Shown: one piece after another, positions 1 to 8,396 of the stretch
Layout of the letters: the number at the start of each line of letters is the position of its first letter
Numbering within the stretch: position 1 is the first letter of the stretch
Origin: Pseudomonadota bacterium
Lineage (GTDB): Bacteria; Bdellovibrionota_B; Oligoflexia; Oligoflexales; CAIMVM01
Assembly (NCBI GenBank): GCA_037142195.1
Contig: JBAXBA010000089.1
Coordinates: 1-14,050 of the forward strand
Direction: 5' to 3'
DNA: 14,050 bases
The notes under the pieces: model-generated
The model's input: only the letters and a program-made list of their open reading frames with translations
Databases searched by the model: none
Told to the model about the DNA's origin: nothing
Program-made: the position numbers and the translations under genes

Positions 1-145
1 AAATGAATACCTAATGAAAGTATTGAGGGGAGGGAATTAAGATGATTTTACCCTGGTCCCCCTTGGATGATGGCTTTAATATCCTTGATAGTTGCTCTAA
101 AATAGCTTGTGTCAAAATATCAGATTTTTTTGAGGAAAGAAATCC

Positions 146-1603
146 ATGGCAAACCGAGTTTCAACTCTTAAATGGATCTGGCAAATGAGTGGCAGTGTCA
201 CAATCTTGTTTGCGAGTCTCTCGTGCAAGTTTATAGAGAATTCGAGCAATCCACCAGAATCTCACCTTGCAAGCCAACAGAATGCAATTGGTATCGCTGT
301 TTCCGTAGATATGGGTCCCGGTAAGACCGCTGTAATGGCTTACCAATATTTAGATCAAACGATTCCTAAAGTTTTAGGAGAGGACTGGCAAGTCGACCCC
401 TTTGGAAGCTTCCGCAGGGGCTTTCTTGTTTCTAAGAGGGGGGCTTCCCAAAGCCAGCTTGAAGAAGCTCTTTTAAAAATTCGTCAGGGGATAATCCCAG
501 AAAATCTTAAAGCTTCTGAACTTGCCTACCATCAACAACTTGCTAGCTTTGACACCTTTTCAAGCACAACCGACGAATTTCCTGAGTATGCAGGCCTAAG
601 TACCAAAGATCCCGAGTGGCATCTTATCTTTATGGACGTCTTTAAGGCATGGGACAAATTGAAGTCTGAAAAAGGAAAGCTTCCAGGTGAGGGCGTGTTG
701 ATTGGTCAAATTGATACAGGACTTTTGCCTCATCCAGAAATTCAAGTAGATGGAAACTTCATTCGCCAAATACTTTGGGACAGCTCCAAGAACTTCGTAG
801 AAAAAAACGTTTCCCATGCCGTTGATGCTTATGTCACAGAAGGTGATAAGCCGGTCCCGTCCCATGGCACCGCCACAGCAAGTGTCATCATAAGCCCAAG
901 GGGCCAGCAACTCATCGGTGAAGACGCTCAAGCATATGTCACCGGAATTGCTCCAGGAGCCAAACTTCTGCCCATGAGAGCTACTACGAGTGCCGTATTA
1001 ATGGGAGTGGGTCAGCTTTTGGACGTTGCAAATGCCGTAGGTGAAGTGAGAAGACAAGGAGCCAAAGTCATATCTTTAAGTTTGGCAGGACGTCCGGACC
1101 CTTTTCTCTGGGCTGCGATCCGAAACGCAGTCGCCGATGGAATCATTGTTGTAGCCGCTGGTGGCGCTAACTCTAAAATACAACCCTGGCCCGGCCAGTT
1201 TTCAGAAACCATTCTTGCCACAGCAGGAACGATTCAATGCACACCTTGGGAAGACGCTACGTTCAGCCCTTCCGTAGATATCACGGTCCCAGGAGTCGAT
1301 GTTTGGCATGCGACAACCTACAAGCGGAGAAATGGCGAAATGCTTTGGGCCTCACGCCGTGGCATAGGAACTTCTTTTTCAGCGCCACTCCTTGCAGGAG
1401 CGGCTGCGATTTGGATTTCTTATCACGGGTGGGATAACCTAGCGAATCGCTATGGAAAAGAGAATATATACAAAGTCTTTCGCAAAGTCCTAGAATCACC
1501 GGAAGGGCATCGCACATGTAAGGCTCTTGATCCTAAGAAACACGGCGTAGGCTATCTCAATGTGATGAACTTGTTAACCGCCCCCTTGCCAAGGAAACTT
1601 TAA
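146..1603 (+). CDS. S8 family (subtilisin-like) serine peptidase, probable lipoprotein/secreted preproenzyme
   Basis: Subtilase triad motifs in D-H-S order: GVLIGQIDTG (D190, codon 713), SHGTATASVI (H240, codon 863), GTSFSAPLLAGAAA (S410, codon 1373). Also GIAPGAKLLPMR and DITVPG. Hydrophobic N-terminus ends in an imperfect lipobox (ILFASLS-C27), followed by a probable propeptide. GAGGA RBS upstream of the ATG. Confidence 0.93.
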   Translation: MANRVSTLKWIWQMSGSVTILFASLSCKFIENSSNPPESHLASQQNAIGIAVSVDMGPGKTAVMAYQYLDQTIPKVLGEDWQVDPFGSFRRGFLVSKRGASQSQLEEALLKIRQGIIPENLKASELAYHQQLASFDTFSSTTDEFPEYAGLSTKDPEWHLIFMDVFKAWDKLKSEKGKLPGEGVLIGQIDTGLLPHPEIQVDGNFIRQILWDSSKNFVEKNVSHAVDAYVTEGDKPVPSHGTATASVIISPRGQQLIGEDAQAYVTGIAPGAKLLPMRATTSAVLMGVGQLLDVANAVGEVRRQGAKVISLSLAGRPDPFLWAAIRNAVADGIIVVAAGGANSKIQPWPGQFSETILATAGTIQCTPWEDATFSPSVDITVPGVDVWHATTYKRRNGEMLWASRRGIGTSFSAPLLAGAAAIWISYHGWDNLANRYGKENIYKVFRKVLESPEGHRTCKALDPKKHGVGYLNVMNLLTAPLPRKL

Positions 1604-2021
1604 AAATACGGAATATGCTAAGGAATTCCTGAGGCCGTGTCATCCTTCCAAATGCAATGAGAAGGAATTCTCTAAATAATTCGTTGGATCTAATAGGAAT
1701 TCGAAACAACCGGCCTGGATTTGATGCACCTACCCTTGGTAAGTGTTGAGGCTCCAAGGCAAACGGCCATCTTTTTGCGGGCTTCACTAAGTGTTCTAAG
1801 ATCAGAACATAGCACGCCAAACTACCTGCTAATATGTAGATCGCCTTTGTGCTTGTCGAAACATTTTACAATTTGGCCGACTTCAAGCCACCTTAATGGG
1901 ACAAAAGGTCTTTAACCGCCAAAACTGGTTGACCCCAAGTAAAGCAGCGTGTAATCCCCATGAGTGACGCCAGGATCTATGTATTCCCTTTACAGCCTGA
2001 GCACACCAAAAGGAGTGTACG

Positions 2022-5000
2022 ATGATCTACTCAAAGAACATGCTATTAGGTTTCCTGACAATTGCATTGGCAAATGCCTCTTGCACTAGAAAGTCTGACG
2101 AAAAAAAGACGCCCATTTTGAATCCTACCGTTCGTCTTAACAACGAAGATGGCCAGCGCAAGGCACAAGAAGCTCAAACCTTAAATGAACTTGCTCAGCT
2201 TCAACAAAAACAACAGAAAGAAATTGATGATCTTAGATCTCAGATTGAAGAACTCAATTCTCGAATCTCCTTGGAAAAGGATGCTGAAAAAATCTCAAAA
2301 CTTGAGGCGCAAATTGCTGATCTTGGCGCGCAAATAAGAGCGCTGAGCGCTCAACACGCCGAAGAGATCAAAGCCCTAGAAGCGAAGTTAAAGTCCCTTA
2401 GAAGTTCCATTGAAAATTTGGAAACTAAGATTCTTGATAAAATCTCTTCCGGCAGCTTAGCCCAGACTAACTTAGCTAACATTCAAGGTGCTGTTGGTGA
2501 TCACACAAGCATTTACTCATTAAAAGGATCCTATAATACCTTAGTAATTCCCGTAGAATTTGCTGCGGAGCCACAATTTGACGGCAAGTTTAAAGACCCT
2601 TCACGATTTACCTCAGGGCTCGCTCAAGAAGAAATTTTTGGGAATGGCCCCAACTCCTTACACTCCTACTACCTTCAGGCATCAGGTGGACTTTTAAACG
2701 TTTCAGGACAAGTCACCGAGCCCGTCACAGTAGAACAGCCGCTATCATTTTATGGTAAAGCCGTTGTAGGGAAGAATGATATCAATGCCGAAGCCTTAGT
2801 GGTTGATGCTCTAAAGAAGGTTCAGCAGAAAGTCGGCGCTAACTCCTCATATTGGAAGCCTTTTGATCGTTGGGATTTAAACGACAGCGACAAAGACGGC
2901 ATCTATTCTGAGCCAGATGGTTTTATAGACGCCGTTGTATTGATCTATGCAGGAAAACCTCAAAATGTCTGTCAAAGAATCTTTGATCCCAATGGCAAAA
3001 AGCCCGGCTCGGATGATGTTTCTAAAGACGACCCAAGGCGCGAACAAGCTATTGAATGTTTCAACCGCATATGGCCTCACCGCAGCAGTATCTTCTTAGC
3101 TAAGGACAACCCTGATTTTCCTAAATCTGGCCCTATATTAGAAGGGGAACAAAGAAGCGTTCTGGGCTATAAAATAAACGATCAACTGTCCGCATTTGAC
3201 TACAATATGCAGTCCGAGTTTTCTGACATTTCCACTTTTGTTCATGAATTTGGCCACTCACTTACTCTTCCCGATGTCTATGCACTCGAAGGAGAAAATA
3301 ATGTCGGCTATTGGGATATTATGGCACAGAACAGCCGAAACTTTGGCCAAGAAATGTCATCCTTTCACAAAATGGCTCTTGGCTGGCTGTCTCCAAAAAT
3401 CGTACTTGAGGGTGAAAGCACATCGGCATATTTAGGTAGCTCTGCCTTTGTATCACCTAAAAAGCGAGAATCCTATTCGTCCTTCACAGGCCCAGAGTTT
3501 TTTAGTCAAATCGTTAGAGGTTTTGAAAACAAGTTCAACATTTTATCCTTGGTTCCTGAGACCCTAGAGCCGGTTTACAGTGCACTTATGGTAAAAATGA
3601 AGCCCACTATGACTAAAGCCAAAGAAATTGATTTTCCGAGTTCATCTGGAACGAAAGCAGCCTATTCAGGACGGTTTGACAATGGGCAAAAATCATTAAA
3701 GTTTAGTATCGAAGTTCCACAGGATGGAAGCGCAACACTTTCTTTTGACACGATTTACTATATCGAAACAGAAACGAATTTTACATCCTCTGAAGCAGAG
3801 ATTAAAATTGTAACGGACTATGATATCGGCCGTGTTAAAATTAATGGCGCCATTAGAGAAGAATTCCGACTTCTTTCTGGAGATGAAAACTATGACTCAT
3901 TGGTGGAGAAGAACCCATCTTGCGAGTCAGACCGTGTTTTAGAACTTAGAACCAAGGCCAATAGCGGCACCATTTCAAAAGACGAAAAACAAGAATTCTC
4001 TACTAAGTTAAACGCCTGCCGAGTTCCCGTTTGGTTAAATAAGACTTATGATTTGTCTGCACTTCGAGGCAAAAAGGCCCAAATCGAAATTAGCTATGCA
4101 ACGGACTCCGGATACAATGAATTCGGCATATTCGTAGATAACATTAAGCTTGGCGATAAAACTCTCTTTGATTTTGAGGACGATTTTATACCAGGGGCAG
4201 AATGGACAGCTTCCGTAGATGGTCAAAGAGACATACAAAGTCGGCAATTTTATATGCTTGAATACCGCGACCCTTCAGAGACCTTCGCAAATTCAGGATC
4301 ATATAACAATGATTTGAATATCCAAGGCTCTCAGGGCATGGGAATGTTCCTAGGTGCAGAGGCCGGTCCTCGTGCAAGAGATCGCTTTAGAGTGGTCACA
4401 CTCGACCATCAGCCTGGTGTTCTCGGCTGGTACTTTGATTCTACCTATGACCGAAGAAGCAATACTCCTGAAGTAGAATCTCAAATAGGACATGGCTACT
4501 ACTTGCCAATTAATAATGAATTGCGCGAAGTTGTTATTCCAGGTCCTTTTGCTCAAGATTCTTTTAAGGATGCAGACGGCTTCTACGATACGAGCAAAGA
4601 ATCCTATAAAGCTTTATCTTCCGCGCAGAACCGGGATTTCAAATGCTTTGGGTATCCTGAATTTGCGAAGTATGTCGATGGAAAATCTCCAGACTGCAAG
4701 TCATTCGATGATGTGGACGGTTTGAAAGATTTGACATTTAATGGACTCAAATTACGCTTTAGACGAGATAGCGCGAATTCCTACCTACCATCAGAGCAAA
4801 GAAAACATTTTGTAATTAGCTCCCCTGGTGCCATGATAGAAGGCGGCACAGCTACTCGCTCAGCCATTCAAACCTTTCGACATTCAGCCATGGGCAGTTT
4901 TTCACCCTTAAAAGTTTGGAAAGCAAACTCGGGCGGAGAACTGATATTGGACAATGAGCTCACAGCTTCGACTCAAAGCATTTCACCCATGGAAAACTTT

Positions 5001-5216
5001 GAAGATAAATTCAGTACTAATGATTCCCCGCATTTGAAAGACAAGCGTTTCCAAGCAAATCGAGCCACAGTAAATCTGAGAGGATTTAACTTTAAAGTAG
5101 TCTCTCCCGATTCCGGTGTTTTAAATCAGTACAATTCTTTAGATAGCGATGAAAATTCCAATACTCACAGAAAGCCACGTGCCAAAGTCTTGATTCACTG
5201 GACACCTGTGGAATAG
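2022..5216 (+). CDS. M6 family (immune inhibitor A-like) zinc metalloprotease with probable lipoprotein signal and N-terminal coiled coil
   Basis: Zinc motif HEFGHSLTLPD (3243-3275) and Met-turn-like VGYWDIMA. M6-typical segments: LVIPVEF, SLHSYYLQASGG, DRWDLNDSDKDG..EPDGFID, IWPH, LGWL. InhA-type C-terminal segments: DLSALRGKKAQIEISYATD..GIFVDNI, FYMLEYR, GVLGWYFD. Signal peptide ends ALANAS-C21. AGGAG RBS 6 nt before the ATG. Confidence 0.92.
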   Translation: MIYSKNMLLGFLTIALANASCTRKSDEKKTPILNPTVRLNNEDGQRKAQEAQTLNELAQLQQKQQKEIDDLRSQIEELNSRISLEKDAEKISKLEAQIADLGAQIRALSAQHAEEIKALEAKLKSLRSSIENLETKILDKISSGSLAQTNLANIQGAVGDHTSIYSLKGSYNTLVIPVEFAAEPQFDGKFKDPSRFTSGLAQEEIFGNGPNSLHSYYLQASGGLLNVSGQVTEPVTVEQPLSFYGKAVVGKNDINAEALVVDALKKVQQKVGANSSYWKPFDRWDLNDSDKDGIYSEPDGFIDAVVLIYAGKPQNVCQRIFDPNGKKPGSDDVSKDDPRREQAIECFNRIWPHRSSIFLAKDNPDFPKSGPILEGEQRSVLGYKINDQLSAFDYNMQSEFSDISTFVHEFGHSLTLPDVYALEGENNVGYWDIMAQNSRNFGQEMSSFHKMALGWLSPKIVLEGESTSAYLGSSAFVSPKKRESYSSFTGPEFFSQIVRGFENKFNILSLVPETLEPVYSALMVKMKPTMTKAKEIDFPSSSGTKAAYSGRFDNGQKSLKFSIEVPQDGSATLSFDTIYYIETETNFTSSEAEIKIVTDYDIGRVKINGAIREEFRLLSGDENYDSLVEKNPSCESDRVLELRTKANSGTISKDEKQEFSTKLNACRVPVWLNKTYDLSALRGKKAQIEISYATDSGYNEFGIFVDNIKLGDKTLFDFEDDFIPGAEWTASVDGQRDIQSRQFYMLEYRDPSETFANSGSYNNDLNIQGSQGMGMFLGAEAGPRARDRFRVVTLDHQPGVLGWYFDSTYDRRSNTPEVESQIGHGYYLPINNELREVVIPGPFAQDSFKDADGFYDTSKESYKALSSAQNRDFKCFGYPEFAKYVDGKSPDCKSFDDVDGLKDLTFNGLKLRFRRDSANSYLPSEQRKHFVISSPGAMIEGGTATRSAIQTFRHSAMGSFSPLKVWKANSGGELILDNELTASTQSISPMENFEDKFSTNDSPHLKDKRFQANRATVNLRGFNFKVVSPDSGVLNQYNSLDSDENSNTHRKPRAKVLIHWTPVE

Positions 5217-5265
5217 CAAAAATTCCTAAATTTTAGATTTTTAGGTAGCGACAATAGAAACTCAT

Positions 5266-5327
5266 GCACGAAAATCCTTTCCATCGAACTTTCAAACAAG
5301 AATGAAGATGGCAAAGGATTTTCGTGC
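5266..5327. terminator. Long inverted repeat (20-bp stem, one bulge) between convergent genes; probable terminator or 3' stabilising hairpin
   Basis: GCACGAAAATCCTTTCCATC (5266-5285) pairs with GATGGCAAAGGATTTTCGTGC (5307-5327), with a single bulged C. It lies about 50 nt after the M6 stop codon. No strong U-tract on either side. Confidence 0.6.
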
Positions 5328-5567
5328 TATTTGAACTGATTCTTAAAGGTTTTTTCTAGTATCCCCACGGCGCAGCAGTTCTGTCCGTTTGCTTACCTCT
5401 TTTTGGAACATGCGTCTATAGTGGCTTGAAGTTACCCGCCCCAAAGCTAACACAGGAAACTTTCCATTTGATGAGTTTGCTCAGCAGAGATGCAGCTCTA
5501 TTTTTTGACTCTCACTCAACTGAACTATGAGATTGATTACGAATTATCTTTGGCTTTCCATGCAAGG

Positions 5568-6803
5568 CTAAAGGCCCATAGTGTAATTCACTACCCATCC
5601 GCTGGTTCGCGTTGTGGTTTTTAGGGCGCGATCACCCATTTGGGTTATAGTGAGATTCACTTGATAGCCAACCCCCATCCCACCTAAAAGGCGTTGGAAT
5701 CCTACAAACCAATTTGCAGAAAGGCTGTCTGCAGGGAGTCCTTTTTCTTTGGGGTCATAAAGGCCTTCTTCAGGCAAGCGCAGTCCAGTAAGTTCTAATT
5801 CGCCCGATTTTGAGAGAATATACTTAGCAGAGGCAGTTATAGAAAATTTCCAAAAGGGATTTGAGGCCAGCTCGGCTTTTGCGTAGTTCACTGATTGAGT
5901 AAGTGCTGAAGTACCTGATTTTTCCACTTCCCTAGATGTCGAAAAGCCCGGCCCAAGATCAAAAGAAGACTTGAGTGTACTTGAAGCTATTTTTCCGTGA
6001 AGCCAGTGGTCATACTCAACCAATCGAGGGTCGTTAAATGAGTTCAACCAAACGCGATCCATAGAAAGTGTATAGTGGCCACTTAGCCATGAAAGAACCA
6101 GCACTCCAATGTCGTTTTCTACGCCAAAACTCTGATTGTTATTCACTTGCCATAGTTGGGAACCATAGTCTATTTGTCCCCGTTTCAATCCTAGTCTTAA
6201 TTTTAGCGCCTTATAGTATCCCGTAAAGTAGACGGCACCATAAGATCTTTGATAGCTCGTCGCATCAAGATCCATTTTGCCGCCTTCATTTGCCGAAGAT
6301 GAGCTTACATTCTTCACCCCTCCCCAAACCTTGCCGCCTAAAATATCCACAGTCAGACCTGGATTTGTGGCCTGGATCGGGATTCCCACTAAAGCCGCCC
6401 CCAAACCTCCCTCATAAATCGCTGAGGATACGCTTCCACCAGGAATGGATTTTTTTTCCGCTGCGTATCCCACAATGGGGCTGATAAAGTAATCAAATGA
6501 CTGTACAGGCCAATCAGGGAAGAGTTTTATTTCCAATGGAGGCAGTTCGATTTTCTTGAGGATATCTTTTTTTAGCTTAGCTCCCACTTTCTTCCGAGAA
6601 TCCTTGCTTCCTAATTCCTCCGCTGGAATGCTTTCGTCTTTCAAGGTTTCTTCATCGGGGGTGCCCTCCTTAGCTGCCGCATAGAGTGGTTGGACCGTCT
6701 GCTCGCTTGAGTATGCTTTCTCCGAAAGAAGGGCTGCTTCTATAGCGGGCCCAACAAAGAGTGCATACATAATTGACATCGATAATCTTGATCTGCATTT
6801 CAT
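5568..6803 (-). CDS. Hypothetical exported protein, putative outer-membrane beta-barrel
   Basis: 411-aa ORF with GAGGAG RBS just upstream and an N-terminal hydrophobic signal-like segment followed by a charged linker. Many amphipathic Gly/aromatic strands (FDYFISPIVGY, SYQRSYGAVYFTGYY, LKLRLGLKRGQIDY, MGVGYQVNLTIT) and a beta-signal-like end (SGWVVNYTMGL). The CDS is well supported; the fold is inferred. Confidence 0.7.
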   Translation of the reverse strand: MKCRSRLSMSIMYALFVGPAIEAALLSEKAYSSEQTVQPLYAAAKEGTPDEETLKDESIPAEELGSKDSRKKVGAKLKKDILKKIELPPLEIKLFPDWPVQSFDYFISPIVGYAAEKKSIPGGSVSSAIYEGGLGAALVGIPIQATNPGLTVDILGGKVWGGVKNVSSSSANEGGKMDLDATSYQRSYGAVYFTGYYKALKLRLGLKRGQIDYGSQLWQVNNNQSFGVENDIGVLVLSWLSGHYTLSMDRVWLNSFNDPRLVEYDHWLHGKIASSTLKSSFDLGPGFSTSREVEKSGTSALTQSVNYAKAELASNPFWKFSITASAKYILSKSGELELTGLRLPEEGLYDPKEKGLPADSLSANWFVGFQRLLGGMGVGYQVNLTITQMGDRALKTTTRTSGWVVNYTMGL

Positions 6804-6832
6804 GGGAACTCCTCGAAAGATTTAACTCTATC

Positions 6833-6861
6833 ATGCTAAAAGATTCGATTCCGAATTGCAA
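6833..6861 (-). promoter_or_regulatory. Putative sigma70-type promoter for the beta-barrel gene
   Basis: Minus strand TTGCAA (6861-6856), 17-nt spacer, TAGCAT (6838-6833), about 30 nt upstream of the ATG at 6803. Confidence 0.4.
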
Positions 6862-7226
6862 ATTTTCCATAAGTCATTGGGATTTGAAGCACCGCTCTAA
6901 GCGGTGGGATTTAGTGGGTAGTTCAATATTGACGGCAGATTGGCTCTTAAAGATAAATTATTTTGCTCTAATGACTGCAAATGAGCCCTTCTGATGCGAT
7001 CATTTCCTTTTTATTTCCAAAAGGCCTTGCCCCCATAGGAAAGCTAGGAGTTCCTTAAAATCTCTGGAACAGCAGCCCATCTAATAGGCGCAAGCTTTAT
7101 TCGTGAAGTCCTATCAGCGAACCTGATTTAACTTAAAATAAGAAATAGCATTGACCTGTTGGTATCTGTATTTTAAATCTCATCCTGTGATGTCCAAGGA
7201 TTCATAGTGTTTCGAAAAAGAATGGC

Positions 7227-8396
7227 TTAGGGCTTGTCCAAAATAATATTTTCTCCAGGGAGAGCACAAGCTGCGAGATCTCCCTTAATTTTAACGCGAT
7301 GCTGTTCCATCACAGCGAGTCCCAATCCCACATAACTTGGGATGCGAACATTAAACTTTCGCGTGTCGAATTTCAAGTGGCAACCTAAACATGATTCAGG
7401 CACTATTCGAATGGAGCTGTTACCATTCGCAATAGGGAATTCTGAAAACTCAATGCGGTGTCCTTTGGAATCGAAGACACCAAATGTCGTAATACCAGTG
7501 GGACCTTGAATGACAACTTCAGTTTCTCTAACTACACAATTTTCGCCTAAAGTCTCTGCAACAGAAACAGACGGCGCACTCTGCCGATAGATCCGCCTAG
7601 GACCCTGCTTGGCCATGCTATAAGGATGAAGATCGCCACTCCACTTACTGTAATCGCCGTATTGAGACTTAAAATCAGCAAGATCTTTAGGAAAAGAAGT
7701 AGCAGGATAGTTGCACTGAGAAAGCCAGACACGGGCGCCAGCATGTTTAAAAACAGCGGAATTAGAATCAGCTTCCTTCATTAATGACGAAAAGTCTATT
7801 TTGCTAGCTTCTTTTGCATCTCTATAGGAAGGTGGTAGCACCTCGTCTGAAAAGAGAAGCATCGGAGCCAAGAAAGCTTCACAGCATTGTTTCTGGGAGG
7901 CTCCGGTATCTGATGCGCAGCGAGCTATGCGTTTCGCAAATAGGAATGACTTTTCAGGAAAGGCCCCCTCTAACAAAGACTCAGGGAATAGGTCTTTGAC
8001 CTTTTTACTTGCCTCGCTTTTTTCCACATCGCTCAGAGTAAGTTTATAAGTCTCGCTGATCTCTTCTGGCGAAATAGTAGAGGCACTCATTAGGTTTTTT
8101 AGAGCCTCTCCCAATTCGCCTTCAGACTTAGCGTCAAAAAGTGATTGTGAGCTTGTGGCTAGGCCTATGGCATAACGAGAATAGGCGAACGCATTGCTGA
8201 TATCTCTTGGAAAGGTGGAAGGATTCAGTGGATCGGTACTAGGCAAATCCACATGCACTCGAGGATCTACAGGGTAAACCTTTGAAGGTCCCGGAAGGCT
8301 CACGCCTTCTTTGGAACTGTGATGTTGACTTTTAAGCTCACAACCACCGAGAGAAATGAAGCAAAAGACCGTATTTGCAAGCTGACTAGCCCTCAT
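7227..8396 (-). CDS. Hypothetical lipoprotein with one CxxCH motif (putative c-type monoheme protein)
   Basis: Lipobox-like LGG-C19, Pro-rich linker, CLGCH at 7391-7377, and several additional cysteines. Its ATG overlaps the upstream TGA (ATGA at 8396-8393), indicating translational coupling. Confidence 0.72.
   Translation of the reverse strand: MRASQLANTVFCFISLGGCELKSQHHSSKEGVSLPGPSKVYPVDPRVHVDLPSTDPLNPSTFPRDISNAFAYSRYAIGLATSSQSLFDAKSEGELGEALKNLMSASTISPEEISETYKLTLSDVEKSEASKKVKDLFPESLLEGAFPEKSFLFAKRIARCASDTGASQKQCCEAFLAPMLLFSDEVLPPSYRDAKEASKIDFSSLMKEADSNSAVFKHAGARVWLSQCNYPATSFPKDLADFKSQYGDYSKWSGDLHPYSMAKQGPRRIYRQSAPSVSVAETLGENCVVRETEVVIQGPTGITTFGVFDSKGHRIEFSEFPIANGNSSIRIVPESCLGCHLKFDTRKFNVRIPSYVGLGLAVMEQHRVKIKGDLAACALPGENIILDKP

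Noticed and set aside
26..64. G-rich/C-rich possible hairpin (GGGGAGGG...CCCTGGTCCCC) upstream of the S8 gene
   Set aside because: Pairing needs several bulges, there is no U-tract, and upstream context is missing.
1621..1702. Three AGGAATTC repeats at 42- and 32-nt spacing as a mini CRISPR array
   Set aside because: The repeats are only 8 bp, irregularly spaced, and there are no cas genes.
1756..1800. GGCAAAC resembling the start of a c-di-GMP-I (GEMM) riboswitch
   Set aside because: The GNRA-capped stem and the following GACGCAAA and P2 elements are absent.
1848..1888. TGT-N10-ACA plus GG-N10-GC, suggesting a sigma54 promoter with enhancer
   Set aside because: TGGCCGACTTCAAGC matches TGGCACG-N4-TTGC poorly, and the putative enhancer is too close to it.
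1557..1915. Short ORFs 1557-1820 (-) and 1721-1915 (+) in the S8-M6 intergenic region
   Set aside because: No convincing RBS, no recognisable motifs, and they overlap each other; likely spurious.
161..4725. Numerous 60-110 aa alternative-frame or antisense ORFs inside the S8 and M6 genes
   Set aside because: They are nested in strongly supported CDSs, with lengths expected by chance and no motifs.
5487..5507. AGAG-N6-CTCT followed by a T-run as an intrinsic terminator
   Set aside because: The 4-bp stem is too weak to support the call.
6670..6994. ORFs 6670-6870 (-) and 6773-6994 (+)
   Set aside because: They overlap the beta-barrel gene start and promoter and have no supporting signals.
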